Below, in pieces: positions 9,806 through 19,272 of a DNA stretch of 27,969 nucleotides. The notes beneath the pieces were generated by a model that saw only the letters and a list, made by a program, of their open reading frames with translations, made no database searches and had not been told where the DNA came from. This DNA comes from a virus (lineage: Duplodnaviria > Caudoviricetes), in the IMG/VR virus record IMGVR_UViG_3300014152_000321, positions 1-27,969 of that record; one strand, given 5' to 3'. Positions within the stretch are counted from its first letter, which is position 1. Each line of letters opens with the position of its first letter. The translations under genes were made by a program, and so were the position numbers.

Positions 9806-10243
9806 TTAGGTTCCTATGGTTTCGACGATGGTTCCGCTAATCTTCAGTTTCGCTGAGCCAGCATCCGCCTTGGTGGTTTCAAAGCTGTAGTCACACTCTG
9901 TGACCAAAGCGCTGAAAGCATACTTGTCGCCGGTGGTAGTTTGGCTGGGCGCTTTAGGTAGCTGAATCGTAAAAGCGGAAAGCGATCCAGCGGAGAATGC
10001 CGCTTCTAACGCAACCTGCCCAGCATCGGAAGACACACGATTAAAGTCAAAGCTGACTTCGCCGGGGTCCATCATGGTTGCGATGAATTCTTTGACGGTG
10101 CTCGACATATTCGTCACGTCGTCCGTGTCGAACTTGCGCCCGTTCAGTTTGATATTCTTGACTTCGCCAATAAGAGTGGGTGTTGCGCCGATGCTGAGGG
10201 TAGTACCCGCACCAGTTTGTGCTTTTGAGCCTGTGTAAGACAT
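9806..10243 (-). CDS. Major tail tube protein
   Basis: 145 aa, IGEVKNI..DDVTNMSS..KEFI...DPGEVSF motif; canonical position. Confidence 0.85.
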   Translation of the reverse strand: MSYTGSKAQTGAGTTLSIGATPTLIGEVKNIKLNGRKFDTDDVTNMSSTVKEFIATMMDPGEVSFDFNRVSSDAGQVALEAAFSAGSLSAFTIQLPKAPSQTTTGDKYAFSALVTECDYSFETTKADAGSAKLKISGTIVETIGT

Positions 10244-10343
10244 AGCATGATTCCTTGAGATACTCTGTTGATTGCTGTAGGTGAACCCGAACTTATAAAG
10301 GCGGGAACGGACAATTGCAGGTACTGCGGTTAACGATTATTGG

Positions 10344-10727
10344 TTAATACTGAAACGTCCAGTCTTCTATTTGGCGATATATACGGGCATCTTTGTCATA
10401 CTGCGACATCGATACCCCGCATTCTGTGTAGCGGACGACTGTTCCATCTGGCAGCGTGCCTTGGTAGGCATCAAACAAAGTGTGAAGCTTAGCCGCTACA
10501 TTCTTGCTGTCGGCATAGGTGTTACCCCGACAATCAAATTGAATCCGCATAAAACTAACGGCGGACAAATCAAGATTTACATCCGTACTCGCTGATACGT
10601 CCGTGTAAACAATGGCCGGAAACGTGTTTGCATTCTGCGGCATCATGGTTGGGTATATGCGAGTTCCGACCATTCCCAATAGGGTAGTATCTGCCGATAG
10701 ATGTGCTACGATGCCCTGCTCTAACAT
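10344..10727 (-). CDS. Tail completion/terminator protein (DUF3168-like)
   Basis: VGTRIYP..PQ..FPAIVY and RIQFDC motifs. Confidence 0.8.
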   Translation of the reverse strand: MLEQGIVAHLSADTTLLGMVGTRIYPTMMPQNANTFPAIVYTDVSASTDVNLDLSAVSFMRIQFDCRGNTYADSKNVAAKLHTLFDAYQGTLPDGTVVRYTECGVSMSQYDKDARIYRQIEDWTFQY

Positions 10728-10735
10728 TTACTCGC

Positions 10736-11140
10736 CTAACCCACAGCCTCAATACGTTCCGTCAGCACGGCAAGAAACTTGTCCAATGCTTGTTGTTTCG
10801 ATAGGTCAAATGCGGGCCTTGCCCACGGCCTAGCCGGTTCCTTGCAAGTACCGTACTCGCTGAAGTAACCCCAAAAAGCACGGGCATCTGGGCCTATCGT
10901 TGCGATAACCCCACTCTCAAAAGTCTCTATCGCAACTAACATTTCAATGCTTCCTTCCAATGCTCCTTGGTGCGGGTCAGTGGACGGGCCGACCGGAGCT
11001 AACTCTTCCATTTGGCGTTTTATAATCATCCCCGCCTGTGAGATAGCATCAACGACCGCCTCCCTAGCCAACTTAGGAGTCAATGCTTGTAACTTCTGTT
11101 CGAGTTCCTGTAAGCTTTCGATCTCGCAGAGTTCGTCCAT
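10736..11140 (-). CDS. HK97 gp10 family neck protein
   Basis: LAPV..G.L..SI and EYGT..EPARPWARPAF motifs. Confidence 0.85.
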   Translation of the reverse strand: MDELCEIESLQELEQKLQALTPKLAREAVVDAISQAGMIIKRQMEELAPVGPSTDPHQGALEGSIEMLVAIETFESGVIATIGPDARAFWGYFSEYGTCKEPARPWARPAFDLSKQQALDKFLAVLTERIEAVG

Positions 11141-11487
11141 TAGGTTTCAGTGCCGTCGTTCTCATCCAACACATAGGCGAGTATCTGTAACTCAATGTTC
11201 CGCATTCCCGTGTTAACGATGGACTGAATGTTGAACGTCATGCCTTCCCAGACAATGTGGTCGTTGGGCGAAATGTTGATTCCCCACGGGTAACGGATCA
11301 CAACCTTATACGTGCTCTGAGCCACGAACTGCGACGGGTCGTATAACATCTGCGACCGCAGAGCATCTATCTCCGCAAAAGCGGTATAGTAGGTGCTGTA
11401 TGTGTTTACAGGCTGCCCGAAACTATCTGGCGTTGAAGACAGACGTTGAAACGCTACCCGCTTGTTTAACCTGCCTGCCGTAATCAT
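11140..11487 (-). CDS. Head closure / head-tail adaptor (SPP1 gp16-like)
   Basis: AGRLNKRVAFQ..D.FGQP and VIRY..FNIQSI motifs. Confidence 0.85.
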   Translation of the reverse strand: MITAGRLNKRVAFQRLSSTPDSFGQPVNTYSTYYTAFAEIDALRSQMLYDPSQFVAQSTYKVVIRYPWGINISPNDHIVWEGMTFNIQSIVNTGMRNIELQILAYVLDENDGTET

Positions 11488-12176
11488 TAGTTGTTCTCGT
11501 AGCCCCAGAAATTGAACTTGACCGTATCCAACAAGGCTTCAACGCCAAGCGGGATATTTTTGAGGCTCGCTCCGGACGTTGCCTCACGGTTTGCATAGAA
11601 GTGGGCAACCAAAAGCAAGATTGCCATGCACACAGTCTGCGGACAGGTGTTAACTTCCGTCCCGTCCCCATAAGAGCCCGTCAGGTAAGTTATCTGAACG
11701 CTACCCGGCATATACGTCTGTGTCGCAGGCCAGCACAAACCGGGCATAGGGACTAACCGAGCAGGTTCGCTCGTGTTGTCCACGTAATAGCCCGTATCGG
11801 ATAGGGTCTGTTGCGTCCCTGTCACATCGACATACTTGATACTTGTAATGCTCGCCAGATGCGGTTTAGGTAGTAATATCTGCTGACCCCGTAAAATGCC
11901 GTAGCGAGCTAACCAGTCCGTGCGGGGGCTGCTCGCCTGTATCGTGCCTGACCACCACGGGTAGATCGGGAAGCAATCCAGATTAAGCGTCCATGTCTGG
12001 TTAAAAAATGCACGATGGGTAATCTTCTCTGCGTACTGCCTAGCCGCTACAATAAAAGCCGTTATCAAGGCATCTTCTGCGGAGTTGTCATAATCGATGC
12101 GAAGATGTGTCTTGGCTGTAGCCAACGACACAGGCTCTACTGCGGGCGGCGTTACGAGATTGATCGAAAGCGGCAT
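11487..12176 (-). CDS. Head-tail connector (gp6 / phiE125 gp8-like)
   Basis: PAVEPVSLATAKTHLRID and AILLLVAHFYANRE motifs. Confidence 0.9.
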   Translation of the reverse strand: MPLSINLVTPPAVEPVSLATAKTHLRIDYDNSAEDALITAFIVAARQYAEKITHRAFFNQTWTLNLDCFPIYPWWSGTIQASSPRTDWLARYGILRGQQILLPKPHLASITSIKYVDVTGTQQTLSDTGYYVDNTSEPARLVPMPGLCWPATQTYMPGSVQITYLTGSYGDGTEVNTCPQTVCMAILLLVAHFYANREATSGASLKNIPLGVEALLDTVKFNFWGYENN

Positions 12177-12364
12177 TAACTCTTGACCGCCTTCTCACGA
12201 CTCTTGCCGTGGGTTGCCGTTTCCCGTACGGGCTTCTCGGTCGATACCGCAAAGCCTGAATTGATAAAGGCATGAGCGGTCGTGTTATCAATGTCGAGTA
12301 GTTCACCCGGTACGAACGGGGCATAACCTTGCATAAAGAAACTTTGAGTAATCTTGATTTTCAT
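12176..12364 (-). CDS. Small head-associated hypothetical protein
   Basis: 62 aa, PGELLDI...A..FI..G.A pattern common right after capsid genes; stop overlaps the next ATG. Confidence 0.65.
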   Translation of the reverse strand: MKIKITQSFFMQGYAPFVPGELLDIDNTTAHAFINSGFAVSTEKPVRETATHGKSREKAVKS

Positions 12365-12376
12365 AGGCTCTAACAG

Positions 12377-12429
12377 ACGAGGGGCAGATAACTATCCGCC
12401 CCTCGTATTTAGTGAGGGTCGTTACCCTC
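12377..12429 (-). terminator. Two hairpins downstream of the capsid gene
   Basis: Inverted repeat 12377-12390/12393-12406 with one G-U pair on the minus strand, and GAGGGT/ACCCTC at 12414-12429; weak U-tract. Confidence 0.55.
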
Positions 12430-12435
12430 GGTTAT

Positions 12436-13686
12436 TTACTTCACTGTCAGCGCTACGATTGGGTGAGTACCGGCGTCCATAATGACCCCACCCGCACGGG
12501 CGTAGCCGATAAAGCCGACCATGCCAGATGCCATGTAGAGTTCGTTCAGACGGAAGATAGCCAGACCCGGCTTTACTGGGCGATACATATAGCCAGCCTT
12601 GAAGTCGCCATACTGAACAGCGACATTGCCGGAACCCACATTAGGCATAGCCTGATTGAGTACGACTTTCTTGCCGAGCAGCATGTCAAACGCACCAGCA
12701 TTAGGAGCCGGAATGAACAGCGGACGACCGAGACTATCTGTGATCTTCAACAGATAACCACGGGTATTGCTGTTGAAAACAAACGAAGCATTGTCTTCGT
12801 ACGCAGGGTCAAGCGCAGCGTATAGACCGGCGATGTCACCATAGGCGACCGTAGCTGTCGTGGCGGACTGTACGCCAGCGGACGAGTACGGAGAGGCTAC
12901 GATGCCAGCACCGAGGATGGACTGAACGTTGCCAGAGCTGGAGCCATTGGTTACGAGGTAGTTGACGCCACGGAACCAGCGCTTGCCGAAACTGTCACGG
13001 ATGAACGCATCGATGTCGAAAGCCGAGTCCTGCAATTCAGCAAGCGAAACCTTTACAGCGCCCGTGGTCAGGAAATCCGTGCTAGACAGCACGCCACTGA
13101 TTGATGGGTCAGACTCACTAACGCCAGTGTCTTCGCCAATGACCGTCACCATGTTTGCGGTGTCGTTCGTGAAAGCGATCTTCATTGGTGCGCCGTTGTC
13201 TGTCTCACGGGTATTGACGATGTTGAGCAGTCCGCCCCATGCTTTCTGGGCGTCTTCCAATACCGGGTAGAATGCCTGCGGCACGAGCTGATAACCACCA
13301 GTGATGGAGCCAGCTACAGAGCCGACGCCGAGGTCACGGAGTTCCGTGCCCGATAGGGGAGCCGCACTGCGCATAACGGTGGAGTCAACAACGCCGTATT
13401 TGACATAATTGGAGAACGCACGCTTTTCAGCGGCGGTACGCTTTTCCGGAGTGTCTGTAACTTCAGAACCGGGGATAGGACGAGGCGGGGTTACTGAGCT
13501 GTGCTGCTCGGCGTCAAACTTTGCGAGCCGCTCTTCACGAGTGATGTCGGCTTCGATGGTATCGACTTCAGCCAACATACGGTCGGCGGACTGGCGGTCT
13601 TCTGCGGTTACTTCTGCTTTACGAACTAGAGCCTGAGCCTGCGTGAGCAGTTGGTTTCTCTTGTCCTTCATTTCTTTGATAGTCAT
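12436..13686 (-). CDS. HK97-fold major capsid protein
   Basis: Coiled-coil delta domain, GGYQLVPQ, VS.AELQDSAFDI, LKITDSLGRPLF, YGDFK and VGFIGYARAGG motifs. Confidence 0.95.
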   Translation of the reverse strand: MTIKEMKDKRNQLLTQAQALVRKAEVTAEDRQSADRMLAEVDTIEADITREERLAKFDAEQHSSVTPPRPIPGSEVTDTPEKRTAAEKRAFSNYVKYGVVDSTVMRSAAPLSGTELRDLGVGSVAGSITGGYQLVPQAFYPVLEDAQKAWGGLLNIVNTRETDNGAPMKIAFTNDTANMVTVIGEDTGVSESDPSISGVLSSTDFLTTGAVKVSLAELQDSAFDIDAFIRDSFGKRWFRGVNYLVTNGSSSGNVQSILGAGIVASPYSSAGVQSATTATVAYGDIAGLYAALDPAYEDNASFVFNSNTRGYLLKITDSLGRPLFIPAPNAGAFDMLLGKKVVLNQAMPNVGSGNVAVQYGDFKAGYMYRPVKPGLAIFRLNELYMASGMVGFIGYARAGGVIMDAGTHPIVALTVK

Positions 13687-13860
13687 AGAATGTCCCTGTA
13701 GGATTTAATTTGTGCGGGACAGTCACACTGCTACGTGCAGAGACTTCTCAGCAGCAAGGTGGGCTCACCATTGAAGGTATTTCACGGGGAAAGGCTCAGG
13801 CTCTTGCGTACGGCTTCTTACGGTCTATAGAACACATGACAAGGGAAATTTGCGCCGAAT

Positions 13861-14481
13861 CTATTTAGGTAGGTTGTGGCAGGCTAGGATGTCTCTGGGA
13901 GTTGGAATCTGAGTTAGGACCGTCCAACCCTGCTTGAGATAGTAGGACAGCGTATACGGGTAAACATAAATATATTGCGGTATTACTGTCAATTTGATAC
14001 CCCGCCTTGCTAGAGTATCGCCAACAAACCTGTCTTCCGCCCAGTCGCCGTTGTGCGGGGTCTCAGCTATGATGGTTGCAGCTTTACGGGAAAGCCAGTA
14101 AATACCACCACTGGCATAGTCGTGGGGATACTTCCCATACTGGCAAGGCGGAATCCTCAGGATGTTGGACCCGCCGTTATTGGCGGGTATCCGAATTCCG
14201 GCATAGTCAAATGGTATAAGCTGAAAAAACGGGACACAAATATAAGTGTCGTCATCTATCTTGACCAGATGGTCATATCCGTTATCAACCGCATATTGGC
14301 AGAGAGCCTTGGTTTTTAGCGGTAATGATGCATAATCGTCGGGTACGCTGAGCCGTTCCCCGTCGAACACTTGCACGTCCCATCCGGCGGCTATGGCATC
14401 GGGTATCCATGTGTCTCGGATTGCCTTTACACGGTCAGCATATTTCTTGCAAAAGATTATGGCTAGAAGTGTTTTAGGCAT
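13861..14481 (-). CDS. GT31-like (Fringe/beta-1,3-galactosyltransferase-like) glycosyltransferase
   Basis: Ordered GT31 motifs: RVKAIRDTW, DDYASLPLKT, KIDDDTYI (DxD), YASGGIYWLS, EDRFVG. Confidence 0.85.
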   Translation of the reverse strand: MPKTLLAIIFCKKYADRVKAIRDTWIPDAIAAGWDVQVFDGERLSVPDDYASLPLKTKALCQYAVDNGYDHLVKIDDDTYICVPFFQLIPFDYAGIRIPANNGGSNILRIPPCQYGKYPHDYASGGIYWLSRKAATIIAETPHNGDWAEDRFVGDTLARRGIKLTVIPQYIYVYPYTLSYYLKQGWTVLTQIPTPRDILACHNLPK

Positions 14482-14484
14482 AAC

Positions 14485-14685
14485 CTAATTAGGCTGCTTA
14501 TCCATCGCAGTTAGATTTGACAGCACACCAGCGGTGGTAATGAATGCATCCAAGATGTGACGGGGAATCCCCTCAATAGTAATATCTGTATCGCCTTCTT
14601 TCTCAACGATACGGACGGTCACTATCGAACCGTCTTTAGAGACTAAGACATCGCACTCGCTGCCGATCTGGTGGACAATCCGCAC
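14485..14685 (-). CDS. Hypothetical protein
   Basis: 66 aa, tightly packed between the protease and the glycosyltransferase; GTG start. Confidence 0.55.
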   Translation of the reverse strand: MRIVHQIGSECDVLVSKDGSIVTVRIVEKEGDTDITIEGIPRHILDAFITTAGVLSNLTAMDKQPN

Positions 14686-14690
14686 ACGGC

Positions 14691-15410
14691 CTACTTATGA
14701 ACCCCGTGCGCCCTTAATTCAATCTGAATGGCTAACCTGTTACGGTCAGAGTCCGATAACACACGGCTTCGCTCGTGGCAGCGGCAATTCTCATCCGTGC
14801 AGTTATCTGGGTCACAGTCTTCGCAATCGCCGGTTAGGCAGGATGCACACTCGCAGCGGCAATCCTTGTCCGCTCGTGTGTCTGGCTTTGGAACTTCTGG
14901 AACGCCGTCTGGGAACATCGACCGAACAGCCGAACTGGCGTCGGGGTAGGCAGGATATACCACGGGCGAACAGTCGAATAAATCAGCCTTCAAGATTGTG
15001 CGAAGCATTTCCCCGCTAGCGTCGTCATTCTCCCAAGCGTCTTTCTTGCAGGCAAAAGCAAACGAGCTTCCGTCTATATCTCCCCGCTTCATACTGGTGA
15101 CAAGATCACGACCGACTTGCGTATCTGGGACATCGATTTCATACCGAAGCCCATGAGCATCTAGGTTAAGACGCATGGTGCCTGACTTGGTACGACCAAG
15201 AATCATATTGGCGTCATGGTTATACAAACCCCGAACATCACCAGAAACGGCTTCGTCAAAAGCATGAGGGTCGATCTGCTCTACCCACCCGCCCATGTCT
15301 TCCGACCGTGCTGGAGCGAATACCGCAGCGTAACCAGAAATCACAGGAGCCTTGCCTGTGTCTTCCCGAAGTTCTATTGTCGATTTACTAAAGCGTATTT
15401 CTCTTTTCAT
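14691..15410 (-). CDS. HK97-family prohead protease with Cys-rich C-terminal tail
   Basis: GYAAVF, YNHD, LGRTKSGT, RGDIDGSSFAF and SPVVYPAY motifs. Confidence 0.95.
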   Translation of the reverse strand: MKREIRFSKSTIELREDTGKAPVISGYAAVFAPARSEDMGGWVEQIDPHAFDEAVSGDVRGLYNHDANMILGRTKSGTMRLNLDAHGLRYEIDVPDTQVGRDLVTSMKRGDIDGSSFAFACKKDAWENDDASGEMLRTILKADLFDCSPVVYPAYPDASSAVRSMFPDGVPEVPKPDTRADKDCRCECASCLTGDCEDCDPDNCTDENCRCHERSRVLSDSDRNRLAIQIELRAHGVHK

Positions 15411-17110
15411 TACTGTGTTACCTCTGTTCCTAGATTGGTGATTGCTACGGCTGCCCCTGCGTCTCGAAAAATCTTGATGTGCAAGGCTCTAACCGCCTTA
15501 TTAAGTTCAATGCCCGTGCTTTGTTCCGACTGTTCGGGTGTCCAATCGGCTGCCCGCTTCTCAATCCCCCGCAGATGTTCCCGCACGAGCTTGTCCGTGT
15601 CCGGCTTCCATGCGTCGGTTAGCTTGAATTGGGTTCTCGCTGCGTCGGTAAATAGACCAGAAAGACTATCTAAAAGGCTGCTAAAGACGGTCGTAATCCC
15701 GTCTAAATCCCTTTTGGTTCGGGCTGTGGTGCGTCCTACAGCGTCCCTGAACAGCGGAAGATAGGCAGGCATATATCGGGACAGCAACGACCGCTCGGCT
15801 TCCGTGGGTGCATCTGAGGAGGGTTCCTGTTCCTGTTGCGGCTGCTCTGCTGGCACTACGACTGGCGGGGGTGGTGGGTTCAACAGGTTTTTGGCGTTAC
15901 CCATATTGACGGGGAACATATAAATATCGCCGATTTCGCCAATTGGGTTTTCTCCCAAGTCTGTCAGAACATCATTAGCCGAAAACCAGCCCCATTGACG
16001 CCCAGCAGCATAACCCTCCATGCTCGTCTTAAAGTCACCTCGGAGCCGTTCCGATACGTCAAACTGAACGAAATACTTCCCAGAGTTACGCCCGGTATCG
16101 GGCATCAACTTGCGAACGATCTCTTGCTCGAATCTGCAAAGATAAGGGCGCAGAGTGTCTGTAACGAAACTTAGGCTTTGCTGTTCATGATTGTTATTTG
16201 ATAGCTTGGTGACATCCCCAACCATTGAAGGCGGTACACGGAACATGCCGCAAATATCTTCCCGTTGAAATTTACGGGTTGCTAAGAACTGGCTATCTTC
16301 TGGGCTGATACCAACCTGCTGGTAATGCCATTTGCCCGGAATCACTGCGATGTTGTTTTGGTTGACCCCGCCGTTGCTTGCTTGCCAAGACTCTTTAACA
16401 CCTTGTGCCTGTTGCTCGTCCACTTCCCCGTCTGGCCAGAGCAAGCCACTAGGCTTCGCTCCGTTGCCGAAGAAACGTGCTCCAAACTTCTCGGCGGCTC
16501 TTGCCAGTCCGAGACCCTCACGGGCTTGGTGTATCGGGGATAATCCCTTTAGACCATCCCACCCAAACAGTGGTATATGCAGCACGGCATCGGAACCAAG
16601 TATCCGCTGATTGCCCGGTTGTTCCCCGTCGCTCGTTGTATACGCTAACTTACCGTCAGGAAGACGAACAGGAGTAGTCTGTAACGGGTGCAGCGGATAT
16701 AAGGCGGTAATTTGCTTAGCGCCATTGCGTACGATCTGGGCATAGCAGTTACCAGTAAGAGCGAGACAGCCCGTCAACGTCTCAAAGAAAGTAAATGCCG
16801 TCATTTCCGGGTTGGGTTCAAACGCCAACAGGTTGTACAGGCTCTGGTCGGCTGCCTCTTGTCGTCCCTTGGGTAACTTCTCATACAGCTTGAGCGGAAG
16901 GCTGGCTATCGACTCACTGATAACACGGACGCAGGCATATACGGTCGTAATCTGTAACGCCGATACTTCGTTGATTAGCTCGCCGGAGGCGGACGGGTTG
17001 CCCTGATTGATCCATTGCCAAATGGCGGGGGATGCCAGAGAGATAGCGGGATTATCAAGAATAGAGCGGCTTTCGGTGTTGCGGAACTTAAAGAATGAAC
17101 GAAGACCCAT
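15410..17110 (-). CDS. HK97-family portal protein with C-terminal extension
   Basis: VYACVRVISESIASLPL, GLSPI, FFGNGAKPSG, DSQFLATRKFQ and FRVPP motifs. Confidence 0.95.
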   Translation of the reverse strand: MGLRSFFKFRNTESRSILDNPAISLASPAIWQWINQGNPSASGELINEVSALQITTVYACVRVISESIASLPLKLYEKLPKGRQEAADQSLYNLLAFEPNPEMTAFTFFETLTGCLALTGNCYAQIVRNGAKQITALYPLHPLQTTPVRLPDGKLAYTTSDGEQPGNQRILGSDAVLHIPLFGWDGLKGLSPIHQAREGLGLARAAEKFGARFFGNGAKPSGLLWPDGEVDEQQAQGVKESWQASNGGVNQNNIAVIPGKWHYQQVGISPEDSQFLATRKFQREDICGMFRVPPSMVGDVTKLSNNNHEQQSLSFVTDTLRPYLCRFEQEIVRKLMPDTGRNSGKYFVQFDVSERLRGDFKTSMEGYAAGRQWGWFSANDVLTDLGENPIGEIGDIYMFPVNMGNAKNLLNPPPPPVVVPAEQPQQEQEPSSDAPTEAERSLLSRYMPAYLPLFRDAVGRTTARTKRDLDGITTVFSSLLDSLSGLFTDAARTQFKLTDAWKPDTDKLVREHLRGIEKRAADWTPEQSEQSTGIELNKAVRALHIKIFRDAGAAVAITNLGTEVTQ

Positions 17111-17125
17111 ATTACCTACTTTTAG

Positions 17126-18793
17126 TTACAGTTGAAACGGCTTGAACCATTTGGCTTTCAGCGGGGCAGCAAGAGCACGAGCGAGGGCGTTAAGCGTAGC
17201 GTCTACACCATCAATCTTGTTTTCCGGCTTATCTTTATCGAGTACGAGGTTGTCATGTTTGTCGTACTTTGCGACTACATTACTTACGCACCACGTCATC
17301 ACGGGATTAGCATCGTGATGCAATCGACCTGACATCACCAACGCCTCGAACTCCTTGGCTGGGTCGGATAGATGCTTCACTGCTTGCGGCACTTGAACGG
17401 TTGCTATCTTCGTCTCGGCATGAAACTGTTGGCGAAGATACTCGGCTCCCCACTCGTCAAAGTCCAATTCCAGTACCTTGTATTTTTTGGCGTCATCTTT
17501 CAAATCGTCTTGAATCGTCGCATAGTCAATTACGTTTCCGGGGGTGGCTATCAGGTGCCCATCATGCACCCACTTTTGGTAATGCTGGCAGCTCGGGTCA
17601 TTGGTGCGGTCGCTCGGCAGATAGAATCGAGGAAAAATATAGTAGTGAGCCTGCCCGTCTATTTCCTTCCGAAAGAGTTTCACAGCAGCCGCCATGTCGA
17701 TCTTGGCTGCCAAATCCAGACCTATCCAGCAAACACAATCTTTGAAAGCGTCGGGAATAAGGGCAGCATCACCACAGGCGCTCCACTTGGGAAGCGACAT
17801 CCAGCTAGATGACGCATTGCACCAAACGTTAAAGTGTCGGGTCAGGATGCGGTTACGCTTGCCTGAATTCTGCAAGGCAATCTGTTGCTGCGACTTCAGG
17901 TAATCGAGGTCTACGGACACGCCCACGTTGGGGTTAGCTTTATAGATGGCTTTCTCGGTCGTCCAATCGTCGTCATCGTCGAGACCGTATATCAGCCCGA
18001 ACAAGTTATCCCGCTCGAATACCCCAGCGAGCATCTTGTCAACGTCATCGTGCATCATCTTGCATGGGCTGGCTATGTTGTCACCGGCAGTGGTAATCAC
18101 TAATGCGAGCGGCTGCTGACGGGAACCCATGCCGGTTTGCTGCGCATCGTATAACTCATCGCTCGTCCATTGGTGCATTTCGTCCGCCACAAATAGCGAC
18201 GGGGCGCTACCCTCTTTGCCAACGCTGATAATGGGCAGCATACGAGAACCCGTTGATGGCACGATAAGGGATTGGGTCATTACTTCTATTCCGAATCTCC
18301 GCTGCAATGCCGTGAACTTTTCAACCATCTGCTTGGCTGGTCTGAAGACTTCGAACGACTGCTGTAGGTTGGTTGACCCGATGTAGACTTCCGCCCCGAC
18401 TTCCCCGTCCGCTAACAAGAAATAAAGGCTGACACCGGCAGCCCAAAGGCTCTTACCGTCCTTGCGGGGTAGTTCAATGTAGGCGAATCGGAAACGACGG
18501 AAGCCAGTATCCCTATGCACCCAGCCGAACAGAACCATGGTGTAGGCAGCCTGCCAAGGCTCCAATATGAACTTCTTACCGGCCCACTTACCTTTAACGT
18601 GGGGCAACAGTTCAAGAAACTGACAGACTCGCTCAGCCTTTACGGAGTCAAACTGGTAAAGGTAATTGGGGTCTTTGGATTTCTCCAAATCGTTTCTGTG
18701 GCGCTGGTAACACTGCTTGACATACTTACACGCCAATATAGAACCAGATAACACTCCGTCAATGTATTGATTTGCTGTATCTAAATAACCCAT
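17126..18793 (-). CDS. terL: Terminase large subunit
   Basis: LEPWQ, Walker A PRKDGKS, Walker B VADEMH, ITTAG, GLDLA and KIDG motifs. Confidence 0.95.
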   Translation of the reverse strand: MGYLDTANQYIDGVLSGSILACKYVKQCYQRHRNDLEKSKDPNYLYQFDSVKAERVCQFLELLPHVKGKWAGKKFILEPWQAAYTMVLFGWVHRDTGFRRFRFAYIELPRKDGKSLWAAGVSLYFLLADGEVGAEVYIGSTNLQQSFEVFRPAKQMVEKFTALQRRFGIEVMTQSLIVPSTGSRMLPIISVGKEGSAPSLFVADEMHQWTSDELYDAQQTGMGSRQQPLALVITTAGDNIASPCKMMHDDVDKMLAGVFERDNLFGLIYGLDDDDDWTTEKAIYKANPNVGVSVDLDYLKSQQQIALQNSGKRNRILTRHFNVWCNASSSWMSLPKWSACGDAALIPDAFKDCVCWIGLDLAAKIDMAAAVKLFRKEIDGQAHYYIFPRFYLPSDRTNDPSCQHYQKWVHDGHLIATPGNVIDYATIQDDLKDDAKKYKVLELDFDEWGAEYLRQQFHAETKIATVQVPQAVKHLSDPAKEFEALVMSGRLHHDANPVMTWCVSNVVAKYDKHDNLVLDKDKPENKIDGVDATLNALARALAAPLKAKWFKPFQL

Positions 18794-19272
18794 TACTGTG
18801 TTCTATGGCTCTCGGTCGGGATGGTATCCAGAAAAGAGAACTCGTCCTCTTCCTTGGGTTGGTGCGGCGCATTGACTTTGCTACGGGCGGCAGGCGTCAT
18901 GCCGAACTCAATTAAATACTTGCGTAGCTGGTCTAATGCAGTATTAGCAATCCCGACATAGGGATTCTGTACTGGATACCCTGACGGGGCCTTGACAACC
19001 ATGCCATGCTTGGCAATACCTTGCTCTGCCGTAACCCAACGAGACCAGCATTGGCAATAGGCAGCGAATGCGGCACGATCTACCAACGTAAGCAGCCCAC
19101 ATGCTCGCAATTCGGCGGACATGCGTTTCCATTCGGCTCTGGCTTGTGCATCCAGATGGCGGGGACAAGTCGGCACCCCTGTCGGCTTCGGCTCGTTCAG
19201 GTTTAGCGGTCTATGTCCGGGGTTGCCAGCGAGTAACTTCGCTGCTGTGGGCTTGGGTCTACGTCCTGCCAT
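18793..19272 (-). CDS. terS: Terminase small subunit, P27 family
   Basis: GRRPKPT..GNPG.R.LN..EP, A..EW.R, NP and EFGMTPAARSK motifs. Confidence 0.95.
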   Translation of the reverse strand: MAGRRPKPTAAKLLAGNPGHRPLNLNEPKPTGVPTCPRHLDAQARAEWKRMSAELRACGLLTLVDRAAFAAYCQCWSRWVTAEQGIAKHGMVVKAPSGYPVQNPYVGIANTALDQLRKYLIEFGMTPAARSKVNAPHQPKEEDEFSFLDTIPTESHRTQ

